DNA of 61,171 nt, the filler included. It is 6 parts of 6 records of this genome, joined end to end, with 100 filler letters (N's around TTAATTAATTAA, not from the genome) between each part and the next. Parts side by side here need not be neighbours in the genome. Positions count along the whole stretch, not along the records: positions 21,835 to 28,414 come from SRR2962707_4194; positions 28,515 to 39,111 come from SRR2962707_4195; 4 more parts are not named here. One strand, 5' to 3'. A program made the position numbers and the translations under genes. Below, piece after piece: positions 23,519 to 33,841 of the stretch (position 1 is its first letter; each line of letters begins with the position of its first letter). The notes under the pieces are model-generated. The model was not told the DNA's origin, ran no database searches, and saw only the letters and a program-made list of their open reading frames with translations.

Positions 23519-24655
23519 ATGAGAATTAAAAATTTGATTATTTTCGGAACTCGCCCTGAAGCTATTAAAATGGCTCCGCTTGTTAAAGAGTTTCGAAAAA
23601 GCGCTGATGTTTTTGATACTAAAGTGTGTATCACTGCCCAGCACAGAGAGATGTTAGATCAAGTCCTTGCTTTCTTTGAAATTGAACCAGATTTTGATTT
23701 GAATTTGATGAAGCCCAATCAAAATTTATACACACTTACATCAGACATTATAACAAACCTAAAACCTGTTTTAGAAGAGTTTACTCCAGATTATGTATAC
23801 GTGCACGGAGATACAACTACCACTATGGCATCTAGCATAGCTGCTTTTTATGCAGGAGCCAAAGTATGTCATGTAGAAGCAGGACTTCGTACGTTCGATA
23901 TGCAATCTCCATTCCCAGAAGAAATGAATAGATCTGTGACTGGAGTAGTTTCTAATTATCATTTTTCTCCTACTGAAACTTCAAAAGAAAATTTACTAAG
24001 AGAAAATAAGAAAGAAAACTCAATTTTAGTAACTGGAAATACGGTAATTGATGCACTACTATTCAGTGTGAATAAAATAAAATCATCAAGTTTTATTGAT
24101 GATGAGGTTGTAGAGTTACAAAAGTTAATAGATGATCATAAGAAAGTAATACTTGTAACTGGGCATAGAAGAGAAAATCATGGGCAAGGTTTTTTAAATA
24201 TATGTGCTGCTTTAAAGGAAATAGCAAAGAACCATCCTGAATCTCAGATAATATACCCTGTGCATTTAAATCCTAATGTTCAAAAGCCAGTGTATGATTT
24301 GTTGGCGGGGATAGATAATATTAAGTTAATAGCGCCTCTTTCGTATCCTGCATTTGTATGGTTAATGGAGAAGTCATACTTAATAATTACGGATAGTGGA
24401 GGAGTACAAGAAGAGGCACCAAGTTTAGGGAAACCTGTTTTGGTTATGCGAAATACGACGGAGCGCCCTGAAGCTGTAGAAGCCGGAACCGTTTTATTAG
24501 TTGGAACAGATCCAAAGAAAATAGTTGATGAAGCGAATTCGTTGTTAAATGATGATGATGCTTATAAGAAAATGAGTGCTTTACATAATCCTTATGGGGA
24601 TGGGAAAGCATGCGAAAGAATAGTTGATTTTATAAAAGGAATATCTAATGAATAA
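23519..24655 (+). CDS. wecB: UDP-N-acetylglucosamine 2-epimerase (non-hydrolysing)
   Basis: FGTRPEAIKMAP, HGDTTT, HVEAGLRT, PFPEEMNR, TDSGGVQEEAPSLGKP, NPYGDG. Confidence 0.97.
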   Translation: MRIKNLIIFGTRPEAIKMAPLVKEFRKSADVFDTKVCITAQHREMLDQVLAFFEIEPDFDLNLMKPNQNLYTLTSDIITNLKPVLEEFTPDYVYVHGDTTTTMASSIAAFYAGAKVCHVEAGLRTFDMQSPFPEEMNRSVTGVVSNYHFSPTETSKENLLRENKKENSILVTGNTVIDALLFSVNKIKSSSFIDDEVVELQKLIDDHKKVILVTGHRRENHGQGFLNICAALKEIAKNHPESQIIYPVHLNPNVQKPVYDLLAGIDNIKLIAPLSYPAFVWLMEKSYLIITDSGGVQEEAPSLGKPVLVMRNTTERPEAVEAGTVLLVGTDPKKIVDEANSLLNDDDAYKKMSALHNPYGDGKACERIVDFIKGISNE

Positions 24656-25859
24656 TCCAGAAGTAGTAATGGTAGGATTGGGCTATATAGGTCTGCCTAC
24701 CGCAGCTTTAATTGCTCAAAACAAAACATATGTACACGGAGTTGATGTTAATCCTAAAGTGGTGGAGACTATTAATGAAGGAAAAATACATATTATAGAG
24801 CCTGAATTGGATAAAGCGGTCGCAAATGCTGTTGAAAGGGGATATTTACGTGCTGATGTGAAACCAGTAGAAGCGGGTGCATATCTTATAGTGGTACCAA
24901 CCCCTTTTAAAGGGAAAAACGAACCAGACATTTCATTTGTAGAAGCAGCAACGAAAGCTGTTCTTCCTTTATTGAAAGAGGGGGATTTGTATATTATCGA
25001 GTCTACATCTCCTATCGGTACTACAGAAAAGATGATGCAATTGATTTTTTCTGAACGTCCTGAATTAGAGGGTAAACTATATATAGCTTATTGTCCTGAA
25101 CGAGTACTTCCTGGTAATGTAATGTACGAGTTAGTGCATAATGATAGAGTAATAGGAGGGGTGGATGATAAGTCTACTGAAAAAGCAGTTGCTTTTTATA
25201 GTCAGTTTATAAAAGGAGAATTACATAAAACCAATGCGCGTACAGCTGAGATGTGTAAATTGGTAGAAAACTCTTCAAGAGACGTTCAGATTGCTTTTGC
25301 TAACGAACTTTCATTAATCTGTGATAAAGCAGATATTAATGTTTGGGAACTGATAAATTTAGCTAATAAGCATCCTCGAGTAAATATATTACAGCCTGGT
25401 TGTGGTGTAGGTGGACACTGTATAGCGGTGGATCCTTATTTTATTGTAGCCGATTACCCAATGGAATCTCAGATTATAGGTAAGGCTCGTGAGATAAATA
25501 ATTACAAATCTTTTTGGTGTGCTGAGAAAGTACAAACCGCTAAGTTAGAATTTGAATTAAAACACGGAAGAAAGCCTAATATCGCCCTGATGGGCTTGGC
25601 GTTTAAGCCAAATATTGACGATTTAAGAGAGTCCCCTGCAAAATACATAGCTCAGAAAGTTTTGCAAAATGCAAATAATGAAGAGTACTATATTGTAGAG
25701 CCAAATATAACAGAACATAAAGTTTTTAAGCTTATTGGGTATAAAGAAGCGGTGGAGAAAGCAGATATTATAGTGTTTTTAGTGGCACATAATGAGTTTA
25801 AAGAATTGAAGATAGCTGAAGATAAGATGGTGTTAGACTTCTGCGGAATAAAGAAATAA
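24648..25859 (+). CDS. wecC: UDP-N-acetyl-D-mannosamine dehydrogenase
   Basis: GLGYIGLPTA, IESTSPIGTTE, YCPERVLPG, KLVENSSRDVQIAFANEL, GVGGHCIAVDP, FKPNIDDLRESP. Confidence 0.95.
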   Translation: MNNPEVVMVGLGYIGLPTAALIAQNKTYVHGVDVNPKVVETINEGKIHIIEPELDKAVANAVERGYLRADVKPVEAGAYLIVVPTPFKGKNEPDISFVEAATKAVLPLLKEGDLYIIESTSPIGTTEKMMQLIFSERPELEGKLYIAYCPERVLPGNVMYELVHNDRVIGGVDDKSTEKAVAFYSQFIKGELHKTNARTAEMCKLVENSSRDVQIAFANELSLICDKADINVWELINLANKHPRVNILQPGCGVGGHCIAVDPYFIVADYPMESQIIGKAREINNYKSFWCAEKVQTAKLEFELKHGRKPNIALMGLAFKPNIDDLRESPAKYIAQKVLQNANNEEYYIVEPNITEHKVFKLIGYKEAVEKADIIVFLVAHNEFKELKIAEDKMVLDFCGIKK

Positions 25860-25862
25860 TTT

Positions 25863-26648
25863 ATGATGAATGATGTTATAAAGGCTGCAATTGTAGCAGG
25901 TGAAAAAATTATTGAAATATATAATGAAGATATTCAGGTTAAGTATAAAAAGGATGATTCACCTTTAACAATTGCCGATAAAGCTTCAAATGACGTTATA
26001 CAATCATATTTAGAAAAAACTGATATCCCTATCATTAGTGAGGAAAATAAACAAATTGATTTTTCTGAAAGAAAAAATTGGGACAAATGTTGGATAGTGG
26101 ATCCATTGGATGGAACAAAGGAGTTTATTAAGAAAAATGGAGAGTTTACTGTTAATATAGCGCTGGTTGAAAACAGAATTCCTGTATATGGAGTAATTTA
26201 TGTGCCAGTTACTAAGGAATTATATGTTGGAGATGTAACTGTAAATAAAGCTTGGAAAATTAAAGTAGATAATAGTGAAGAGGATTTTTCTAATCTTTAT
26301 GTAGTGAATAACGAAATACAACCAACATTTAATAATAGTAAAGATTTAATCCGTGTGGTTGGAAGTCGTTCGCATATGAATGTTGATACAGAGAACTTTG
26401 TAGAAGATTTGAAAGCTAAATATAATAAGGTGCAAATTGTATCTAAAGGTAGTTCTTTAAAGTTTTGTTTGGTAGCAGAAGGAAAGGCAGATATCTATCC
26501 TCGTTTTGCCCCTACTATGGAGTGGGATACAGCAGCAGGACAAGCTATTTGTAACGCCGTGGGGTTTGAGGTTATAGATCAATCAACTCAAAAGCCGTTA
26601 GTCTACAATAGAGAAAATTTGTTAAATAATTATTTTTTGGTAAAATAA
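25863..26648 (+). CDS. cysQ: 3'(2'),5'-bisphosphate nucleotidase (PAP phosphatase)
   Basis: SPLTIAD, IISEE, WIVDPLDGTKEF, GSSLKFCLVAEG, PTMEWDTAAG. Confidence 0.95.
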   Translation: MMNDVIKAAIVAGEKIIEIYNEDIQVKYKKDDSPLTIADKASNDVIQSYLEKTDIPIISEENKQIDFSERKNWDKCWIVDPLDGTKEFIKKNGEFTVNIALVENRIPVYGVIYVPVTKELYVGDVTVNKAWKIKVDNSEEDFSNLYVVNNEIQPTFNNSKDLIRVVGSRSHMNVDTENFVEDLKAKYNKVQIVSKGSSLKFCLVAEGKADIYPRFAPTMEWDTAAGQAICNAVGFEVIDQSTQKPLVYNRENLLNNYFLVK

Positions 26649-26661
26649 GAATGCTACAGTA

Positions 26662-27087
26662 GTGGGAGTACAAAAACGACATATTGCGAAAACCATTACA
26701 TGGCGCCTTGTAGGGACTATAGATACAATTTTACTCTCGTGGTTAATTTCTGGAGATCCAACCACAGGTTTGAAGATTGGATTTGCAGAAGTTGTTACAA
26801 AAATGATTTTGTATTACTTTCATGAAAAAGCGTGGTATAACTTTAAAATAGAGAACAGTAATAAGCGTCATATAGTTAAAACGGTAACATGGCGTTTTGT
26901 AGGGACTATGGATACTATGCTTTTAGCATGGATAATCTCTGGAGATTCTATAGTAGGTTTGCAAATTGGTTTTACAGAGGTAATTACAAAAATGTTGTTA
27001 TATTACTTCCATGAACGTGTTTGGTACAGAGTTAACTACGGTTTGGATAAAAGGAATAGAGCAAAAAAATGGAGAAGAACATCATAA
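26662..27087 (+). CDS. DUF2061-family small membrane protein with two tandem domains
   Basis: KRHIxKTxTWRxVGTxDT..GxxIGFxEVxTKMxLYYFHE.W occurs twice; GTG start. Confidence 0.85.
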   Translation: MGVQKRHIAKTITWRLVGTIDTILLSWLISGDPTTGLKIGFAEVVTKMILYYFHEKAWYNFKIENSNKRHIVKTVTWRFVGTMDTMLLAWIISGDSIVGLQIGFTEVITKMLLYYFHERVWYRVNYGLDKRNRAKKWRRTS

Positions 27088-27668
27088 CGCATCAATATAA
27101 GTTAACAAGGAAAGAGCGTATAATTCGAAATAAACATAATTCCTTTTTGATTTTTTTTACAGGTCTGTCGGGGTCAGGAAAATCTACAATTGCGAATGCT
27201 CTAGAACAAAAACTTTATAATGAGGGTATAAATACCTATGTATTAGATGGTGATAATGTGCGAAAAGGGATTAATAAAGATCTTACTTTTGATCCTGAAG
27301 ATAGAAGCGAAAACATTAGAAGAATAGCGGAGATAGCAAATTTGATGATTGATGCAGGGCTCGTAGTTTTGGCAGCTTTTGTAGCACCCTACAAAAAAGA
27401 TAGGGAAATGGTAGAAAAAGTGGTGAATTCTGATAACTTTGTCGAAGTTTTTGTAAATACGGATATTTCTGTATGCGAAAGCCGAGATGTTAAAGGGTTA
27501 TATAAGAAGGCAAGAGCAGGAGAGATACCTAATATGACAGGGGTTGACGCTCCTTATGAAGCACCAGAAAGACCAGATGTAGAAGTTACGGATAACGATT
27601 CAATTGAAGAATCAGTAGAAAAAATATATAAAACAATCATTGACAAATTACAACTCAAAACAAAATGA
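27069..27668 (+). CDS. cysC: Adenylyl-sulfate (APS) kinase
   Basis: [49 protein letters not shown]. Confidence 0.97.
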   Translation: MEKNIITHQYKLTRKERIIRNKHNSFLIFFTGLSGSGKSTIANALEQKLYNEGINTYVLDGDNVRKGINKDLTFDPEDRSENIRRIAEIANLMIDAGLVVLAAFVAPYKKDREMVEKVVNSDNFVEVFVNTDISVCESRDVKGLYKKARAGEIPNMTGVDAPYEAPERPDVEVTDNDSIEESVEKIYKTIIDKLQLKTK

Positions 27669-28414
27669 GTAAGTACTATTTAAATTATTTAGACGAATTA
27701 GAGGCAGAAGCAATCTTTGTATTAAGAGAAGTGTGGGCACAGTTTGAAAACCCTGTGATTTTATTTTCAGGAGGTAAAGATTCTATTTTAGTAACGCACT
27801 TGGCAAAGAAAGCGTTTTATCCAGCTAAGATACCTTTCCCCTTAATGCACGTAGATACAGGCCATAATTTCCCTGAGACAATAAAGTTCAGAGATGATAT
27901 TATTAAAGACCTAGGTGCTCAACTTATTGTAGGTTCTGTACAAGAATCTATCGATCAAGGACGCGTTGCTGAAGAAAAAGGAAAGAGTGCCACTAGAAAT
28001 GCACTACAAATTACTACGTTGCTTGATGCAATTGAGGCTAATAAAATAGATTGTGCTATTGGTGGTGGGCGTCGTGATGAAGAGAAAGCTAGAGCAAAAG
28101 AACGTTTTTTCTCCCATCGAGATGATTTTGGACAATGGGATCCGAAAAACCAACGCCCAGAGTTATGGAATATTTTTAATGGAAAACATTTTGAAGGAGA
28201 GCATTTTAGAGCGTTTCCTATAAGTAACTGGACAGAAATGGATGTTTGGAATTATATTAAACGTGAAAATATAGCCATTCCATCACTTTATTTTGCACAT
28301 GAGCGAGAAGTAGTTTGGAGACAAGGTTCTTGGATTCCAAATTCAGAGTTTTTAACGTTGGAAGAAAATGAGGAGGTTGTTGTGAAGAAAATTCGTTTTA
28401 GAACTTTAGGAGAT
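27665..28414 (+). CDS. cysD: Sulfate adenylyltransferase subunit 2, 3'-truncated by the contig end
   Basis: LFSGGKDS, HVDTGHNFPE, GGGRRDEEKARAKERFFS, WDPKNQRPELW, RFRTLGD. Confidence 0.96.
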
Positions 28415-28514
28415 NNNNNNNNNNNNNNNNNNNNNNNNNNNNNNNNNNNNNNNNNNNNTTAATTAATTAANNNNNNNNNNNNNNNNNNNNNNNNNNNNNN
28501 NNNNNNNNNNNNNN
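28415..28514. other. Artificial contig-joining spacer
   Basis: N44-TTAATTAATTAA-N44. Confidence 0.98.
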
Positions 28515-31500
28515 AGCAGCAGCAGCAGCAGCAGCAGCGTCACCCAAAGAACCAGCCAACTATGTCTGCTGTGAGACCCAGCACCAGGTGCAGCAAGAGC
28601 CGGTTACGGCATTGAGAAATCTTCCTCCGACCATTGAGGTTGTAGAGCCGCCAGTTGCGTGCTCTCACCTCGGCGTTGTCCGGACTGCTTTCCAGCAAAG
28701 TCAACGTGCTGGGGAGCAGGTTGCAGGAGCCAGCCAGCACATGAGGGTGGTTGCGGTCGACTGGGCACCTGGCACGAATTGGCACGACGTGTGTTCCAAG
28801 CCCATTGCGCAGAACTTGCCGCTGCCTGCCCCAGATTTATCGTTCTGCGCGATTGACGAATTGATCACCTTGTACTCGAACTGGACTCTTTTGCAGCCCA
28901 ATGTCAAGCAACTCGGCACTCGCATCACAGTGAGGTCTCAGACATGGCTGCCAACTATGGTGCCCGGCATCGTTCCGTTTGCTGCGTGGGGGAAGCGGGG
29001 TCGTCCACTGCCCACAGATTTGTCCAGATTTGTGTTGCATCTGCCATGGGAGATTGACGGGTTCCCACTCAAATGGACAGCGGCGATCAACGCTTGCGTT
29101 GATGAGATTTGGGTTCCATCCGATTTTGTCAAGAAAGTGTTTGTTCGGGCTGGGATTCTCGCTCCTTCAGAGATATTTGTGTTGCCCCATGCCGTAGCAG
29201 GAACACCCAGTGCGCGTGTGCTGGACACGGCGCGCCAGCTCATGCTGAACAACGACACACTCGCAGCAATCATGGTTCATGAGGCATGGGGCATTCCCCC
29301 TTCACATGTACCGAGCAGTCAAAGTATCGGCTGTATGGATCACGACACTGCAGGCCAGGGAACTTTTGTTGACGCCTACACTGAACATTCAGCTGTTGCG
29401 ACCCGCAACTTTGTGTTCTTGTTTGTCGGGGGCCTTCTTCCGAGAAAGGGGGTTGACATTTTGCTCGATGCTGTTGAGCTCCTGCTTTTCGATCGGCAAG
29501 AATCTCATGAAGTTCCGCGAATCGAGTTGTGGGTGTATTGGTCATACTCGCCCATGGAGGGCAGAGGGGCTGAATATGCAATGTCAATGCGGTCGCGCGT
29601 GGCGTTGCTGCAAGAAAAGTGCAAGTCGCAAAAAGAAAACGGTCAACTTGTCATCAGGCTGCTGAACAGCACGGGAACTTCGTCAATGCCACCACGGGCA
29701 ATGGCAGCTCTCTTTGCCCGAGCTGATTGCTTAGTGCTGCCGTATCGTGCGGAGGGTTTTGCCTTGACTGTGTACGACGCTGCACTTGCGGGGACACCAT
29801 CGTTGTTGCCACATGCACCAGGACTACCAACAACAGAATGGTTGCCACGTGGCGCGTTCTTCAATGTTACAGCCAGGCGGGTTCCTTGCGCAGACTATTG
29901 GCCGTGCGATACAAAGCATGATGTTGCTGGAAACAGTAGCAACGCAATATTTCGCGAATCCTGGGGTGGGTCCACAGGACACCACGGGGCATATTGGCAT
30001 GGGGTCGCACCTGGCGATCTTGCTGCAGAAATGAACCGTAAGCATTCCGTTGTCCACGTGTGTCAGCAAACACTTTCAGTGTGCATCGTGAAGTATGTTT
30101 TGTTTAATTGCTTTGATAGGTGTCGCTTCTCTGCCGAAAAGTGAAGTGGGCGTGGTTGCTACGCTGGCCAGAACAAGCATAGAAGCGAATCTTCATCTTC
30201 GCAACATCACGGAACGATTGCGAGTTCATTTGCTCGCTGGCGAAGACAGCACATCACCAGGCCACAACTTCTCGCTCCCTCGTCGTTGGCGGCCCGAAAA
30301 CAGAAATATGTGCATGGGGTACGCTGGCATGTACTACCAGCTTCAAACTTATGCTCGCCCTGTTGATACCAGAGTTGGTATCATCTACAAGAACAATAGC
30401 AGCGGCTTGGAGAAGCAGGACTCCGTTGCGTATGCCCGTCACGGTGCCGTCAACGGGACTGACGCCCCTTCGCAGCAGGTCGAAACGGCTGTGCCTGTAC
30501 CCCACCAAGTCCCCAACGAACTTTTCGAAAACGTTTGGGCGTTTTCAGAATCTGGGGCCCTCTTTCGAAAGGTGGTCGACCTATTCAACACCATTGCTGC
30601 AAAGCTTGAACACGCCAGACACGACTTTTTGGCGCCCGAATTTGCTGGTCAAAGCGGACCTGTACCTGTCGCACTTTGCAGTTTTCCCAATTCAGGCACG
30701 TCTTGGACCTTGAATCTAGTTCGGCGCGCAACAGGAATATTTAAACACACAGTGTATGCAAAAGAATGTGCAAATGGCCAACATAGAAGTGAGAATCCGG
30801 TGCAATGTGAGTGGTTGACGGGTGTCTCTCTGCAAAACGTCCGTGGCACGCCGCGCATCGATGTGGTTGCGATCAACGAAACATTTGACCGAAATGGCCC
30901 AGGTCGATTCGCCGCACCACAAGAATCAGTCCTAATAAAGACCCACTTGTTCCATTATACTCGAGGCTCCGACGACTGGCAAGCTGATATGGTCGGACAA
31001 AGTGAATCGCCAGGTTCACTGGCCCATGCTCAAAAAGTGCAACAGTACCTCGCGCAGTTTGCTGGGGCTGTCCACCTCCTTCGCAACCCAATCGACAACA
31101 TTGTGTCTCGCGCCTTTCGCGCTCAAAAAGAGCAAATGAATGACAGATCCATGAGGAGTGCTGATTTTCACACAAGTGCCTTGCCAGTACTTTCGGACGC
31201 TCGCTTTCGTCAGGAGCTGGACCGGTGGGTTTCGTGGCATTTGTCAATTGCTAGGGCGATTTCATGTTGGCCACCCACACAAACTGCTTTTGGATATGTG
31301 CCTCTCCGATATCACATTGCCGTCTACAGTGACATTTTAGAGCACCCAGTGAACACGACTGTTGGTATTTTGCAGTTTCTCTCGCATGTGGCGCAGTACT
31401 CTACACGCAATTCGAATGAACAGTTGAACACCTTCGAACGCTTGCGGCGGAACTTCTCTTGGCAAGCAAAATACAAAGCCAAGCGCTGGAAAGTACCCGC

Positions 31501-33712
31501 CAATGATCATGCAAGGGCACGCAACGCTCCGAGCGACGGCGCTGGTCCCGATTGCCAGCAGTCGCCATCTTATGTCATTCCGATGTATCTAAAACATCTG
31601 ACGCCATGGCAAATAATGCATGTTGGGGAGCGCCTTCGCGAACTTGTACTCGTATTGCAGTCCCTCGTGAAAGACGAAACGCAACACTGCAGTGGTCCAG
31701 GCAGGTCGCCATTCTCTTGGAATTGGCGCTGGAACAGCAGCGCAGTTAGCATGCGCCAAACCCCTCAAAGTATGGCAACCTTCAAGTTTGAAATGTTCAC
31801 ACAGCTAGGTTTTGGGGTCGGTCCAAGCTTTAGTCATGCTGCGCAAAGTGTGCGGGCAGACCCGTGGTGGGGCGGGAAGCACATGATTGTCCATATCCCA
31901 AGCGCGTGCAACCCGGACGACGGCGATTGGCTGGCTGCCAAGCTTCAGCAACTCCTTGCGATTCTACAAAAAAAGTCAGGGAATCGATCTGTGCACATTT
32001 ACAACACACTTGATGGATCATTTTCGGATCGTAGTCGAACTACGTCATTGTCCCAATCGGCGCCTTGGCCACCTGCTGGGGCGCTAGCAAACTTTTCCCG
32101 CCGCAAAAGTGGTGGACGAGCAACGCATTTTATTGTGCTTTGCTGTGCGAAGGCTCCTCGCCGAGCGTTGTTGAAAAATATTGTACAGCACCCGGCTGTT
32201 AACGCTCCGCAGTGCGTCGAGCCACATTTTTTTGACAAGCTTTCATTGCTATTTGACTTAGAAAGGGAGAAAATCGATTTCTCACTTCTTCAAAGGGACA
32301 AAATGCTTGCAGATCGAGTGCACCAGCTGTACTTGGCTACGTTGACCGGGGTCCAAGAGGCCGGGGGTTCGCCATGGATTTGCAGAAGTGGTGGAAACCA
32401 ATCCATTGTCATTGGGGAAGCAACCACAAACTACGTGTTTTCCCCTGGGGCAGCAGCATTGGCGTTTAACACATTGCACCGTCAATTGCGCGCAAACGAA
32501 CCTGGATTTCAGGCTCGGCAACTCAAACTCCTGTCCATTGTGCAAGACCCCGCTTACGTTTTTGCTGCGAACTGGATTTTGCCATTTCAAAAGCATCGAA
32601 AAAAGCTACGTGACCGGCTGCGGCGCCAACACAGCCAACTCAACGCCTCCGAAAGCGTATCTGGCACACATGGTGATTCAGTCATACCGCCCGCAGTGCT
32701 AGCTTTTGAGCAGAAAATTCGGCGCCCATACTCTTGTGGGAGCGCTTTTCGCTTGCAAAAGTCCCAATTGCTTCGCTGCGTTGTGTCCCAGCTACATTTG
32801 CACAGTGAGCCAGGGACAGACGGCAACTTTGCCGAGCGCGCGAACAGACTGCTGGTGAAGCAGGGGTTGCGAGCTCCCGCAGTCGCTCAGTGCGTTGCAA
32901 CTGAGGTGTTTGCCGGGGGAGGAAATGAACTTGTAAGTGGCATTTTTCTTGCACCATTGCTGCAGTGGTTTCAAGCAGCCCTGGATCTTTCTTTGTTGGG
33001 AATAGTTCAAGAAAAAAAGCTAGAAGCCTGGCTATCGACGTTTCCAGAAGCACTGCGGCATCCAGCGAGCTACAGTGCTTCTGATGGCGCACGCCAAGAA
33101 CGAAAAGGCGCCCATCCAGGTAGCTTCGGCTCAGGCACATTGGCGCTACACGAACTGTTTTTTTTCCTTCAATCGCACGCGTTATTCCGAGCTGGCAAGT
33201 CACACCACTCACCAAATGAGACGTTCGGCTTGCAACGGCGTGACGATCCGACGAACTTGCAGTTGATGGCGGAGGTCTCTGAGTTTCTAGAACTTGACCC
33301 GTCCAAATTCACAGCCATGGAATGGTCGTCAGTCAATTACGATAGCCCACAACTGCCCCCCAATCTGTTTTTTCAGCAACGACGCGATGACGTTGATGTC
33401 ATTGAGGCTGTGCGCAGCTCGGCGGCAATACTTGATGAAGTTACTGCATTGTCTGGCAGGGTTTGTCCATGTGATCTTGCGTTGCGGATCGCGAGTGTGC
33501 TGTGATTCTGTTGTAGCATGTCACCTCAAAAGCATCTGTGCAGGCAAGTTTTCATTGCGTTGTGTATTTGATCGTGCCAGGTATTTAAAGCGTGCAACTT
33601 GGATGAGCTGCATGAGTTCTACCTGCCATTCAACAACCAATTACAAGAAGCCGTCGAGCTTGTTCACGGTGATGTTGTGGGGTTCATGGATCGCTACTGG
33701 AGTGACTGGTAA
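28515..33712 (+). CDS. 5'-partial three-exon gene, join(<28515..30037,30120..33460,33581..33712): GT4 glycosyltransferase + sulfotransferase + degenerate HS3ST-like sulfotransferase
   Basis: GT4: PWEIDGFP..VDEIWVPSDF..FLFVGGLLPRKGVDILL..ADCLVLPYRAEGFALTVYDA. Intron 30038-30119 (gtaagc..gatag) joins C|GT in frame. ST1: SFPNSGTSW, IKTH, LLRNPIDNIVS. ST2: EPHFFD, GEATTNY, VQDP. After intron 33461-33580 the last exon gives LHEFYLPFNNQL. Confidence 0.8.
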
Positions 33713-33841
33713 CTCCATGTTGACTGTGCCTTTTGAGTGCCTTTAGAATCCAGACGCACACAAAAATGCCTTGCCGGTACGAAAAGTCACATTTCCAAAA
33801 AATGCTTAATTGCGAGTTGATAAGTTAGTTAAAATTCCACA

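Noticed and set aside
26662-33712. Apparent 'sulfation island': cysQ/cysC/cysD next to a sulfotransferase fusion gene
   Set aside because: The two parts lie on different contigs separated by an artificial spacer. One is bacterial and AT-rich, the other has spliceosomal introns, so the adjacency is an artefact.
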